Shown: positions 8,450 to 18,213, numbered from the stretch's first letter. The stretch is DNA of 45,505 nucleotides from Clostridia bacterium (GCA_017440085.1 JAFSHW010000017.1:1-45505); one strand, 5' to 3'. Made by a program: numbers and translations. The notes: generated by a model not told the origin, from the letters alone.

Positions 8450-10801
8450 GTGGAAGAACGGGAATATAAAATTTCAGTGAGAAATTTGGTTGAATTTATT
8501 CTCCGTTGGGGAGATATTAACAACGCCGGAATGAAATCCCCACCCGACCTTTTGGAAGGCACGAAAATTCACAGGAAGATTCAGAAGAAAGAAGAGAAAA
8601 CCGGGAAATACCGTTCAGAAGTCCGCCTTTCGGAAAAAATCAGCTATACGAATTTTTATTTAACGGTTCAGGGAATCGCTGACGGAATAATCGAGGAAGA
8701 AACGGTCACAATAGACGAAATAAAATCCACCTCTATGCCCCTTGAACTGATTGATGAGGATTTCAGCCGCCTCCACAGAGCGCAAGCGAAATTTTACGCT
8801 TATATGTATGCAAAACAAGAGGGCTTAAAAAGTATAAACACTCGCCTTACCTATTTCAATTTGGATACGGAAGAAATAAAATATTTCACCAAAGAGCATA
8901 CCATTTCAGAGCTTGAGGACTTTTTTTATAACGTCTGCGACCAATATTCCAAGTGGATTTACTTTCAAATTGACGCAGATTCTGACTTTAAATCCTCCGC
9001 AAAAGAGCTTGCCTTCCCCTATGAAAATTATCGCCAAGGGCAAAGAGAATTGGCAGGCACGGTTTACAGAGCGATACGAGATGGAACTTCACTTTTCGCC
9101 CAAGCACCCACAGGAATAGGAAAAACAGTTTCCGTTTTATTTTCTGCAATCAAGGCAAAGGGTGAAGGTCTTGGAGAAAAGATTTTTTACCTTACGGCAA
9201 AAACGGTAAACTCAAGGGCTACCGATTCAGCCTTGAAGCTTATGCAAGGGAAAGGGCTGAAAATGAAGACTGTTTTCCTCTGCGCAAAAGAAAAGATCTG
9301 CCCCTACGAAAAGCAATGCAAGCCAGAATCCTGCCCTTACGCAAAAGGACATTTTGACAGAATCAACGACGCAATTTTTGATATTTTAACTCACGAATAT
9401 ATTATAACCACAGAGCTTTTGGTAAAATACGCAAAAAAGCACAAGGTTTGCCCCTTTGAATTGGGTCTTGACGCCGCCACCTGGTGCCATTGCATAGTGG
9501 GCGACTACAATTATGCCTTTGACCCCTCAGCCTCTTTGAAAAGATTCTTCACAGACGGAGGAGACTACGTTTTACTTTGCGATGAAGCTCACAATTTGCC
9601 TGAAAGGGCAAGGGAAATGTTTTCCGCAGAGCTTGAAAAAATGAAAATTTTGGAAGCAATGCGACCCTTTAAAACGAAAAACAAGAAGATTTACGGATTT
9701 TTGAGACGTCTCAACGGCGCAATGCTTAACTTTACCAGAGAAGTGGAAAAAAATTCGGGAATTATTACTGCAGAACCGACCAAAATATATAATGCAGCGG
9801 TTGATTTTTGCAGAGGCTTTTCGGCATTCCTTTCAGAAGAGGGTAACGAAAAGCTCAAAGACGAAACTGCGGAGCTTTATTTTGACGCTTTAAATTTCGT
9901 TTCCGTTTTTGAGTCGCTAAATGAAAATTATCGCTGTTATGCGGAAAAAGCGGGTAAAAGCACTAAAGTCAAGCTTTTTTGCGTTGACCCATCTTTAAGA
10001 ATTTCCGAAACTCTTGATAAATGCAGAGCAAGCGTATTTTTCTCCGCGACCCTTTTACCGCCTGATTACTTCAGAAAAACGGTTGGAATGAAAAGCAAAT
10101 CCTCAGATGAAGATATTGCACCTTTCATTCGTTTGCCGTCACCATTTCCAAAAGAAAATCTGAAAGTTATTCTTTGCCCATATATTAACACGAAATTCGC
10201 AAAAAGAGAAGAAAGCTTCTCCCCTATTGCGGATACAATACGTGCGGCAACGGTAAAAACGGGGAACTACTTTGCATTTTTCCCCTCATTTGCATATATG
10301 AATAAGGTTTATGAGATTTTCACAGAACGTTACCCTCAGGTAAAAACTATGCTTCAGCACAGTTCATTATCGGAAGAACAGAGGGACGACTTTTTGGAAG
10401 AATTTGACCAAGACCCAACGGAAACAATGGTTGCATTTGCTGTCAGTGGCGGCATTTTCTCCGAAGGAGTTGACCTGGTTGGAAACAGACTTTCGGGAGC
10501 AATCATCGTTGGAGTTGGTCTTCCTCAAATCTGCCTTGAAAGGAACGTAATCAAAGACCTTTATGATAAAAGGGAAAGCAGCGGCTACGATTACGCTTAT
10601 CTTTTCCCCGGATTCAACAGAGTTATGCAGGCGGCGGGGCGTGTAATCAGAAGCGAAAACGACAAGGGATTCGTAATTCTTGCGGATTCAAGGTATACCA
10701 CCGCTGAATACAGGGAGCTTTTCCCTGCAGAATGGAAAAATTTTTCCGTAGCAAGATCTGAAAACCAATTAAAGCAAATAATTGGTGAAATTCAGATATA
10801 G
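8450..10801 (+). CDS. PD-(D/E)XK (RecB/Cas4-like) nuclease domain fused to an XPD/DinG-family Fe-S DNA helicase
   Basis: The N-terminus has GIADGII, IDEIKS and QAKFYAYMY (the D, ExK and QxxxY nuclease motifs). The helicase part has motif I (APTGIGKT), a Cys cluster (CAKEKICPYEKQCKPESCPY...C), DEAHNL and QAAGRVIR. A GTG start at 8450 follows AAAGGGGG. Confidence 0.85.
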   Translation: MEEREYKISVRNLVEFILRWGDINNAGMKSPPDLLEGTKIHRKIQKKEEKTGKYRSEVRLSEKISYTNFYLTVQGIADGIIEEETVTIDEIKSTSMPLELIDEDFSRLHRAQAKFYAYMYAKQEGLKSINTRLTYFNLDTEEIKYFTKEHTISELEDFFYNVCDQYSKWIYFQIDADSDFKSSAKELAFPYENYRQGQRELAGTVYRAIRDGTSLFAQAPTGIGKTVSVLFSAIKAKGEGLGEKIFYLTAKTVNSRATDSALKLMQGKGLKMKTVFLCAKEKICPYEKQCKPESCPYAKGHFDRINDAIFDILTHEYIITTELLVKYAKKHKVCPFELGLDAATWCHCIVGDYNYAFDPSASLKRFFTDGGDYVLLCDEAHNLPERAREMFSAELEKMKILEAMRPFKTKNKKIYGFLRRLNGAMLNFTREVEKNSGIITAEPTKIYNAAVDFCRGFSAFLSEEGNEKLKDETAELYFDALNFVSVFESLNENYRCYAEKAGKSTKVKLFCVDPSLRISETLDKCRASVFFSATLLPPDYFRKTVGMKSKSSDEDIAPFIRLPSPFPKENLKVILCPYINTKFAKREESFSPIADTIRAATVKTGNYFAFFPSFAYMNKVYEIFTERYPQVKTMLQHSSLSEEQRDDFLEEFDQDPTETMVAFAVSGGIFSEGVDLVGNRLSGAIIVGVGLPQICLERNVIKDLYDKRESSGYDYAYLFPGFNRVMQAAGRVIRSENDKGFVILADSRYTTAEYRELFPAEWKNFSVARSENQLKQIIGEIQI

Positions 10802-10917
10802 AACTTTTGAATATTACGTTTTAAAGTGGGAATGATACTAATGCACAATAAAACGAATTTGTGCTGAAAATTACAATCGTTTCAAATCTTTATAAATAAA
10901 GAAAGGTATTGGTCACA

Positions 10918-11148
10918 ATGAACGTAATCGACAAAATTGCCCTTACCCTTTCCGTTATCGGAGCTTTCGTTTGGGGCTGCATAGGAATTTTCGGCTTCAA
11001 CATCGTAGGCTGGCTCTTTAACGGCGATACTTCCGTAATGAGTAAGATAATCTACACTTTGGTCGGACTTGCCGGTATTTGGACAGCATCTCTTATTTTC
11101 AGAAGCTTCGTGCCTGAAAACGAGAGAATTATCAGAACTCGCGACTGA
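10918..11148 (+). CDS. DUF378 family small membrane protein
   Basis: The sequence MNVIDKIALTLSVIGAFVWGCIGIFGFNIV... shows a two-TM DUF378 pattern. The start could instead be the TTG at 10909. Confidence 0.8.
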   Translation: MNVIDKIALTLSVIGAFVWGCIGIFGFNIVGWLFNGDTSVMSKIIYTLVGLAGIWTASLIFRSFVPENERIIRTRD

Positions 11149-11171
11149 AAGAGTAACCAATAAAAATTTAA

Positions 11172-11201
11172 GGGGAAAACAGTTTTTTAACTGCTTTCCC
11201 C
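11172..11201. terminator. Bidirectional terminator between convergent genes
   Basis: GGGGAAAACAG-ttttttaa-CTGCTTTCCCC, an 11-bp stem with one mismatch. Confidence 0.6.
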
Positions 11202-11208
11202 AATTCTT

Positions 11209-11937
11209 TTATTTCATTCTCTGGCGCATAACCTCAAAGCCGATAACAGCAGAAGCGGCAGAAGCCGATAAAGCACAGCGGAAGCCTGAACCGTAAGGTA
11301 TGAAAACGTTTCCATCTGCGTTATCAAGAACAGCCCTTGAAAGCCCTCGCATTTCACCGCCTATGGCTAAAATTACAGGCTCGGTTAAGTCCTTTTCGTA
11401 AAGAGACACCGCATCGCGGCGCTCGGCACAATAGACTTTCAAACCCTTTTCCCTTGCGGAAATAACGGTCTTGCCCAAATCCTCGGAAACAACGGTAGGC
11501 AAAAATTCGGAAGCACCTGCGGAAGCTTTGATGACAACTGATGCGGCTGTGAGCCAATTTCGAGAGGGAACTATAACTCCCGTAGCTCCTGCGGCGTAAA
11601 TTGAGCGAAGTGAATCACCGAAATTATACGGGTCTTCAATCCCCTCAAGTAAAACTATAAATGGCTTTTCAGCGGCGAAAAGATCCTCTTCCGTTTGGTA
11701 AAATCTATCCCCAACGTGGGCAATGATTCCACCGTGAGTTTTCCCCGTTGCAACAGCGTCAATATCGCTTCGCTTGCAGGGAGTATATTTTACGCCCATT
11801 TCTTTAGCTTTTTTCAAAATAAAGGAAAGGTCTCTGTCTTTTCTTTCTCTGTCGAAAAGAATTTCAAAAATCTCACGCTTGCCGCCATTCAAAACTGCCT
11901 TGACGGAAACGGAGCCTTCAACTGTATATTTTTCCAT
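11209..11937 (-). CDS. rlmB: TrmH/SpoU family RNA 2'-O-methyltransferase (RlmB-like)
   Basis: It is 242 aa. It has an N-terminal substrate-binding domain and a SpoU methylase fold (LLEGIEDPYNFGDSLRS, AIGGEMRGLS). Confidence 0.8.
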   Translation of the reverse strand: MEKYTVEGSVSVKAVLNGGKREIFEILFDRERKDRDLSFILKKAKEMGVKYTPCKRSDIDAVATGKTHGGIIAHVGDRFYQTEEDLFAAEKPFIVLLEGIEDPYNFGDSLRSIYAAGATGVIVPSRNWLTAASVVIKASAGASEFLPTVVSEDLGKTVISAREKGLKVYCAERRDAVSLYEKDLTEPVILAIGGEMRGLSRAVLDNADGNVFIPYGSGFRCALSASAASAVIGFEVMRQRMK

Positions 11938-11983
11938 ATAAATCTCCAGTCTGCCGCTAAAGCGTCAGCACAAAAAGGAATGA

Positions 11984-12012
11984 AAATCTCCCATAGCGGC
12001 TGATGGAGATTT
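11984..12012 (-). terminator. Terminator of the AraC-family gene
   Basis: On the minus strand: AAATCTCC, a 12-nt loop, GGGAGATTT, then a T-rich tail. Confidence 0.5.
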
Positions 12013-12035
12013 TAAGATTGTGCCTCTTCTTCTTT

Positions 12036-12851
12036 TTATTGTTTCTGCATTTTAATTTCCAAATATTCACCCGGTGGCATACCGTAATGCGCTTTAAAGA
12101 CTTTGGAAAAATACAATGGGTCTGAAAACCCTGAAAAATAAGCGATTTCCTTAATGCTGGTAAACCCTGCTTCCATCAAGCCTACGGAATGGTTCAATCT
12201 GAGTTTGCGAATATAGGAGCTGAAACATTCACCGGTATATTTTTTAAAAGCTTCAGAAACATATTTTTTGCCGTAGGAATGCTGTTTGCTAATGCTTTCC
12301 AACGTAAGGTCAGGCTCATAATAATGGGCGTCAACGTAGTCTTTTACAACCTCCGCCAACCGCTTTTCTTTGCCATTCGAAGCAACGGGAACGTAGCAAA
12401 GCTCTGCCAAAGCGCAAAGAAGAATGCCCTCAGCCATAAGGTCTGCATTATTTTCAGTAACTGAGCAAACGGTGCTTTCCCATTGGGGAATTAAATTTTC
12501 TTTGCCCTCAAAAACAGGAAAACTTTCAGTTAAATTAAGGCGGGAAAGTAGTTTATCAGCCCTTCGCCCAACGAAAGAAACGTAAATATATTCAAGATTT
12601 TCTTCATTGGTAATTTTAAAGGGTTTAGATTGGAAAGTAATAAACAGGTCTCCCCTTTTCAGAGGATATTCCCCGTAAGGAGTGTTGAGGGAGCCTTTGC
12701 CATTGGTGACCAGGCGCAGAGCGTTAGCAACTTCAATGACGTACTTCCCTGAAGAATTACATTTGCGCTCGTAAACGAAATTAAGAATATTAAAATCCAT
12801 TGCATAATCCTGCAGGGGCAAAATCTTACAGATATTATCAGATACACCCAT
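12036..12851 (-). CDS. AraC family transcriptional regulator
   Basis: It has a C-terminal double HTH (SISKQHSYGKKYVSEAFKKYTG...FSDPLYFSKVFKAHYGMPPGEY). AAGGAG lies 9 nt before the ATG at 12851. The promoter lies inside the track extension. Confidence 0.85.
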   Translation of the reverse strand: MGVSDNICKILPLQDYAMDFNILNFVYERKCNSSGKYVIEVANALRLVTNGKGSLNTPYGEYPLKRGDLFITFQSKPFKITNEENLEYIYVSFVGRRADKLLSRLNLTESFPVFEGKENLIPQWESTVCSVTENNADLMAEGILLCALAELCYVPVASNGKEKRLAEVVKDYVDAHYYEPDLTLESISKQHSYGKKYVSEAFKKYTGECFSSYIRKLRLNHSVGLMEAGFTSIKEIAYFSGFSDPLYFSKVFKAHYGMPPGEYLEIKMQKQ

Positions 12852-12873
12852 TTCAATCAACTCCTTCATATTA

Positions 12874-12902
12874 AGTATACAGTTTTCCGACGGAAAAGTC
12901 AA
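12874..12902 (-). promoter_or_regulatory. Promoter of the AraC-family gene
   Basis: On the minus strand: TTGACT, a 17-nt spacer, then TATACT. Confidence 0.5.
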
Positions 12903-13004
12903 GCCTTGAAAAGCAAAAAAACGCAAAAAAAGCTGACTTCATAAAGTTTGCTTATTATTTAATAAATATTTTACAAAATACTTTTGTTTTTTAAAGAAAA
13001 ACAG

Positions 13005-13033
13005 TTGATTTTTTCGTCTAAATGTGGTATAAT
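13005..13033 (+). promoter_or_regulatory. Promoter of secG
   Basis: TTGATT, a 17-nt spacer, then TGgTATAAT. Confidence 0.55.
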
Positions 13034-13137
13034 CTTGTATACTAAGTTTATTATGTCTTTTGTCGCATTCTTGCAAGAGGCTGAAATGCGAAATCGTAAA
13101 CAGACAAAACGGATTAAAATAAATGGAGGAAATTCAA

Positions 13138-13380
13138 ATGAACCCAATCGTTCTTATACTCACTTTGGTACTTATGTTCTGCTCAATCGCTCTTATCGCT
13201 ATCATTCTTTTCCAGTCCGGAAGAAATGCAGGCGCAAGCGCTGTAACAGGTAGCGCAGGTAACTTCTACAGCAAAAACAAATCTCAGTCCAATGAGCTTC
13301 GTCTCAAGAGACTTACGGTAGTTATCTCAATCGTATTTATGGTTGCGGTAGTTATCGTAAACGTTATTGAACTTGTTTGA
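13138..13380 (+). CDS. secG: Preprotein translocase subunit SecG
   Basis: The sequence MNPIVLILTLVLMFCSIALIAIILFQSGRNAGASAVTGSA... shows the SecG pattern. GGAGGA lies 7 nt before the ATG at 13138. Confidence 0.85.
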   Translation: MNPIVLILTLVLMFCSIALIAIILFQSGRNAGASAVTGSAGNFYSKNKSQSNELRLKRLTVVISIVFMVAVVIVNVIELV

Positions 13381-13400
13381 TTTACTGAAATGAACACGTG

Positions 13401-13439
13401 ACGGAGTCAAGGCTAAGGTCTTAACTCCGTTATTTTTTA
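13401..13439 (+). terminator. Rho-independent terminator of secG
   Basis: ACGGAGT, a loop, ACTCCGT, then TATTTTTTA. Confidence 0.7.
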
Positions 13440-13455
13440 TAGGGAGTTTGGCATA

Positions 13456-13938
13456 ATGAAAGTTTGCAAAAAGTGCGGAACAATTCAGCAGGACGACAGA
13501 TTTTTCTGCATTGAGTGCGGAGAAAAGCTTAAAAAAGCCGTATCTGAAGCTGAGGAGCAAAAAATCAGAGAAGAAATTACAGAAAATATTGAAAATCGAG
13601 CAGAAGCAGCCGACGAATTAGGCGTTGATAAAAGAATGCGCATTGCGGCGGTTCTGGACGTCATAGGAGTGATTTTTGCAGTGGTGAGCGCATTCGTACT
13701 CAAATCTCAAAAAGATAATTTGTTGATAATTTTAGGCTCGCTGTTATTCTACGTGATTTCCTTTGTAGAAGCAATATTCCCCAACTTTTTCTGGACGTTG
13801 ACGAAATTAAAAATATGGCAATACGCCAACGCTGAAGACATTGAGCCTTCATTCTGGTATGGAATGATGCGAAAAATAGGCGTGTGGGGGCTTATGATTT
13901 ACGCTTACGCGGCAATAATTTTTCTTTATTTTATCTAA
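13456..13938 (+). CDS. Zinc-ribbon domain membrane protein (hypothetical)
   Basis: It has an N-terminal CxxC...CxxC (KVCKKCG...FFCIECG) followed by TM helices. An AGGGAG RBS is present. Confidence 0.7.
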   Translation: MKVCKKCGTIQQDDRFFCIECGEKLKKAVSEAEEQKIREEITENIENRAEAADELGVDKRMRIAAVLDVIGVIFAVVSAFVLKSQKDNLLIILGSLLFYVISFVEAIFPNFFWTLTKLKIWQYANAEDIEPSFWYGMMRKIGVWGLMIYAYAAIIFLYFI

Positions 13939-14010
13939 GCTGAATAAATCTCGCCCAAAGGTGTAAAATACCTGTAAAAAGAGATTTTAACACCGAAAGG
14001 AACGGTTGGA

Positions 14011-14220
14011 ATGATAAAAGGTTTCTGCAAAGAGGCGGTAATCGTTAAATGCGGCGGCGAGCTTATTGAAGAGGCGATTTTCATTTTGAAAAAGGATTCA
14101 AGAAAAGCCACCAAAAGCGAGATTTTGGACGAAGCAAACGCCATAATTCAGGAGAAGACCTCTCTTTCAGCAAAGAAAAATTCCAAAAGAGGAAAAGCAG
14201 GCAATAAATTTAAAACATAA
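14011..14220 (+). CDS. Small hypothetical protein with a Lys-rich tail
   Basis: This 69-aa ORF lies between two terminators and has a weak RBS. I recognise no family. Confidence 0.45.
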   Translation: MIKGFCKEAVIVKCGGELIEEAIFILKKDSRKATKSEILDEANAIIQEKTSLSAKKNSKRGKAGNKFKT

Positions 14221-14248
14221 AAAGAGACCTTACTATAAAGGTCTCTTT
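14221..14248. terminator. Bidirectional terminator
   Basis: AAAGAGACC, a 10-nt loop, then GGTCTCTTT, flanked by A and T runs. Confidence 0.7.
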
Positions 14249-14277
14249 TCATTTTTGAAACGATATATTTGAGAATC

Positions 14278-15075
14278 TTAATTAAATGTTATAATTTTCG
14301 AAACCTCGTTTCGAGGTGCGACGGAAAGGTCAATATCTCCGCCCACAACGGCGCCCAAATTTTCCAAATGCTTGGAAACGGTATCGAAAGCCATTTCGGG
14401 AGTGTTGTTTTCCTTACTCAAGTGGGCAAGAATTACGTGCTTTATAGTGCTTTTCGCAGTTCTTTCAAGTAAATCGCCGCACTGCTCGTTGGAAAAATGC
14501 CCGTATTTGCCACCGATTCGCTTCTTGAGCATATAGGGGTAATTTCCGTTCCACAGCTTGTCTGCATCGTGGTTTGATTCAAGCACCACAGCGTCGCAAC
14601 TGCTGATAATTTCAGCCGTTTGGGACGTTTCTTCACCAACGTCTGTCATAACACCGATTTTTTTATTACCGGTATTTACTATGTATCCCACGCACTCTGC
14701 GCTGTCGTGGAGGGTTTGGAAAGAGGTGACTTGAATTACACCGTTATTCGCCTTGGCCCCCGTAGCCATTGGGTGGAAATTTTCGCAATTCATTTCCGGA
14801 TAGGAATTCTTAATAGCCAAAAGGGTTCGTTCATTTCCGATAACGGGGATTCGACTGTGGTATTTCAAAATGGTCTTTAAGCCTGCAATGTGGTCGGAAT
14901 GCTCGTGAGTAATGAAAATAGCCTCGATTTTATCGTAATCACTGCCGATGCTCTTCAACGCCTGCTCAGTTTTTTTTACCCCTGCGCCTGCATCAATAAG
15001 AATAGCTCTGCCATCGTTTTCGATGTAAGTGCAGTTGGCACTGCTTCCGCTGTACAAGGTGCAAACTCTAACCAT
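14278..15075 (-). CDS. MBL-fold metallo-hydrolase (YycJ/WalJ-like)
   Basis: It has the HEHSDH motif and is 265 aa. Confidence 0.85.
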   Translation of the reverse strand: MVRVCTLYSGSSANCTYIENDGRAILIDAGAGVKKTEQALKSIGSDYDKIEAIFITHEHSDHIAGLKTILKYHSRIPVIGNERTLLAIKNSYPEMNCENFHPMATGAKANNGVIQVTSFQTLHDSAECVGYIVNTGNKKIGVMTDVGEETSQTAEIISSCDAVVLESNHDADKLWNGNYPYMLKKRIGGKYGHFSNEQCGDLLERTAKSTIKHVILAHLSKENNTPEMAFDTVSKHLENLGAVVGGDIDLSVAPRNEVSKIITFN

Positions 15076-15108
15076 AATGAAAAAGTATCTCCACTTTCAA
15101 TAAATTTA

Positions 15109-16416
15109 TCAGCCTGCGGTAGTTCCGCTGACCTGCTGAGAAAGATTCTCCTCATCGTCAACCACGCCGATTGAAGCTCCGAGACCTTTCAGCTTTTCAA
15201 TAATATCTTCATATCCACGTTCGATAAGATGAACGTTGGTGATTTCCGTCATACCGTCTGCGCAAAGCCCTGCAATTACTAGGGAAACGCCTGCACGAAG
15301 GTCGCAAGCGCAAACTGATGCTCCTGAGAATTTTTCAATGCCGGTGATTACGCAAACTCTGCCGTCAACGTCCATTTTTGCACCCATTCGGCGAAGTTCG
15401 TCAACGTATCTGAATCTATGCTCGTAAATACCTTCCGTGACGATTGAAGTTCCCTTTGCAAGGCAAAGAAGTGTGGACATCTGGGGTTGCATATCAGTAG
15501 GGAATCCGGGGTAAGGCAAGGTTTTTACGTTGACCTTGTTCATAACCGTACCGGGTTCTCTTGAAACCACGATAAAATCATCGTCTTCCTCTACGGTAAC
15601 GCCGATTTCTTCCAATTTTGCGGAAATAGATTCTAGGTGCTTTGGAATAACGTTGCTGACCTTGATTCTGCCGCCTACAGCAGCAGCCATAACCATATAA
15701 GTGCCGGCTTCAATCTGGTCGGGGATAATTTCGTATCTGCCGCCGTGAAGCTCTTTTACACCCTTAATTTTAATAGTATCAGTACCTGCGCCGCGGATTT
15801 CTGCGCCCATAGCGTTAAGGAAGTTTGCAATATCAACAATATGAGGCTCTTTACCTGCGTTTTCAATAATAGTCGTACCCTCTGCCAAAACTGCAGCCAT
15901 CATAATATTGATGGTAGCACCAACCGAGGGAAAATCAAGACTCATTGAAGCACCCTTCAAGCCGTTTTCAGCAACGGCGTTTACGATACCGTGCTCAATA
16001 GTAACGGTTGAGCCCAAAGCTTCAAAGCCTCTGATATGGTAGTCAATGGGGCGAACGCCGAAGTCGCAGCCGCCGGGGAGACCTACGCAAGCTTTACCGA
16101 ATCTACCCAAAAGCACGCCGATAAGGTAGTATGAAGCTCTCATTTTTCGAACAAGCTCCGAAACGGCAGAACAGGTATGAATTTCAGTAGCGTCAACCCT
16201 CAGTGTGGTTTTATCTAAAAAGCTGACTTTTGCGCCCAGCTCTGACATTATTTTCGTAAGAAGAATAACGTCGTTTACAGCGGGCACGTTTTCAACTATA
16301 CACACGCCGTTTACAAGCAAAGTTGCAGGAATTATTGCAACGGCTGCATTTTTGCCGCCGCTAATGCGAACTTCACCTTCAAGAGGCTTGCCGCCTCTGA
16401 TAACGTACTTTTTCAA
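15109..16416 (-). CDS. murA: UDP-N-acetylglucosamine 1-carboxyvinyltransferase
   Basis: The sequence has KKYVIRGGKPLEGEVRISGGKNAAV and the active-site motif GGCDFGVRPID. A TTG start at 16416 lies 9 nt after AAAGGA and fits the usual MurA N-terminus better than the track start at 16434. Confidence 0.92.
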   Translation of the reverse strand: MKKYVIRGGKPLEGEVRISGGKNAAVAIIPATLLVNGVCIVENVPAVNDVILLTKIMSELGAKVSFLDKTTLRVDATEIHTCSAVSELVRKMRASYYLIGVLLGRFGKACVGLPGGCDFGVRPIDYHIRGFEALGSTVTIEHGIVNAVAENGLKGASMSLDFPSVGATINIMMAAVLAEGTTIIENAGKEPHIVDIANFLNAMGAEIRGAGTDTIKIKGVKELHGGRYEIIPDQIEAGTYMVMAAAVGGRIKVSNVIPKHLESISAKLEEIGVTVEEDDDFIVVSREPGTVMNKVNVKTLPYPGFPTDMQPQMSTLLCLAKGTSIVTEGIYEHRFRYVDELRRMGAKMDVDGRVCVITGIEKFSGASVCACDLRAGVSLVIAGLCADGMTEITNVHLIERGYEDIIEKLKGLGASIGVVDDEENLSQQVSGTTAG

Positions 16417-16521
16417 GAAGTAACATCCTTTCATTTATAAAAAGCAACGATAAACTCTGCCGTATAAGTATTCCACAGCAGAAGGAATATAGTCATGAGA
16501 TTTTTTGTATTTTTTGCTTTT

Positions 16522-18213
16522 TTAAGGCTTTTTTAAATATGGCTCAGGGTCGAAATAAGAGCCTGTGGTAGTATTGAAAAGCGCAAAGTGACAATGGTTA
16601 CCGGTACTGTTTCCGGTGCTGCCAACGTACGCAATGACCTGCCCTTGGTAAACCTTATCTCCTATTTTAAGAGATTTAACCAAGGAACTGCAATGGCCGT
16701 AATAGGAAATAATTCCGTTGCCGTGGTCAATTGCCATATAGTTGCCCAATCCGCCTTCCTGCCAGCCTTTTTTAACGATGGTGCCTGCGTCGGCTGCAAA
16801 AATTTTGGTACCGTATTCGCACGCAATATCATAGCCTCTGTGGAAATTATATTCACCGCGGAGAGTTCTTGCGCCAAAGCGGGAAGTAACACGCTGGTAA
16901 CCGTTCATAGAAACGGGCCAGATGAAGGTTCCCGAAGGTGCGATGGTTTTCGTTCCCACAAGGACTTGCTTTGGAATAGCATCTTTCGTTTTTTTGGTAC
17001 TGACGACGGTTCTTTCAACCTCAACACCGTTTACGGAAATAATTTCAGCAGAAGTTTCGTAAGTGCCATTTGAACCGTTTTGGGTTGTTTGAGTAACGTT
17101 TTCGTAAAGAGCGCTGCTGTAAATATATTTAGTATCGTAAGGAATAATTTCCGTATAAGTAACGGTTCTGGTTGTCTGAACGGATAAAGTAACCTGAGGC
17201 GCTTCAACATTCAAACGCATACCAACGTTAAGGTAGTCCCCCGTAATATTTTCGTTAATAAGTCTGAGTACGGGAACATCCAAAGAATATTTTGCGGCAA
17301 TACTTTCCAAAGTATCACCTTTTTTTACAACATAAGTTCCCTGCCCTGCAGGTTTGGTGAAAAGCTCAATAAGCTCGGAAACGGTTTTTTCGTATTCTTT
17401 GGGGAACTCTTCGCGAACAACTTCAATACTGTTGAGAATAGAATATTTTTCGTTATCATTTCCCGAAAGGTAGGGTTTAACAACCTGAGAAAGAACGGTT
17501 TCCATATCGGCTTCGTTTTTAGAAGTACCTACGAGCTTACCGTCAATAAAATATCCGTATGATTGACCTGCATATTCTTTATAATCGTTGTAAAGAGTTT
17601 CTACGATTTCATCATTTTCAGAAAACTGATCTTTGCGAACCAAAGTCAAAGTAAGCAAAGGGATATTTTCCGAGATATAGGCTTCCCCACTTGATTCGGA
17701 TTCAACTCGCTGCTCAACGCTTTGCTGAATATTATAATATTCCTGCTCGCTGTTGACATAGCCTAAAGAGCGATTTCCAACGGAAACCTCAAGCGCTACG
17801 GCGTATGTATTAAACACCCATACGCTGAAGATTAAAATTGCAGTACCTGCAACAGGTGCCGCAACGGGAACTATAAGACGCAAAAGCGCCCATACCCCAT
17901 AAACGAAAAGCTTCGCAAAATGCTTTGCGTAATACTTCAGCCTGTAAAAATAATTGGTGTATCGTATATGTACTTTATTGGCGTGGTAATCAATACCCCT
18001 GCGGGTATATGCGTAATCGGCAAATTTACCAAACAGCTTGTATGCGGACCTGATAACACCGTCAAGATGCAGAAAAACTATAAGAGATAAAAACAATCTC
18101 AAAAGCTTTCTTGATTTTTTTCGTCTTTTTTTCGGTCTCGTTATCTCCGACCTGATGCTGTAATTCTGATGTTCAGTAGCCCTCGTTGTTTTGCCTGTGA
18201 CTATTCGAGGCAT
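16522..18213 (-). CDS. M23 family peptidoglycan metalloendopeptidase with a LysM domain and an N-terminal membrane anchor
   Basis: It has a LysM domain (YVVKKGDTLESIAAKYSLDV) and M23 motifs (HRGYDIA, GNSTGNHCHF). GGAG lies 7 nt before the ATG at 18213. Confidence 0.85.
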   Translation of the reverse strand: MPRIVTGKTTRATEHQNYSIRSEITRPKKRRKKSRKLLRLFLSLIVFLHLDGVIRSAYKLFGKFADYAYTRRGIDYHANKVHIRYTNYFYRLKYYAKHFAKLFVYGVWALLRLIVPVAAPVAGTAILIFSVWVFNTYAVALEVSVGNRSLGYVNSEQEYYNIQQSVEQRVESESSGEAYISENIPLLTLTLVRKDQFSENDEIVETLYNDYKEYAGQSYGYFIDGKLVGTSKNEADMETVLSQVVKPYLSGNDNEKYSILNSIEVVREEFPKEYEKTVSELIELFTKPAGQGTYVVKKGDTLESIAAKYSLDVPVLRLINENITGDYLNVGMRLNVEAPQVTLSVQTTRTVTYTEIIPYDTKYIYSSALYENVTQTTQNGSNGTYETSAEIISVNGVEVERTVVSTKKTKDAIPKQVLVGTKTIAPSGTFIWPVSMNGYQRVTSRFGARTLRGEYNFHRGYDIACEYGTKIFAADAGTIVKKGWQEGGLGNYMAIDHGNGIISYYGHCSSLVKSLKIGDKVYQGQVIAYVGSTGNSTGNHCHFALFNTTTGSYFDPEPYLKKP

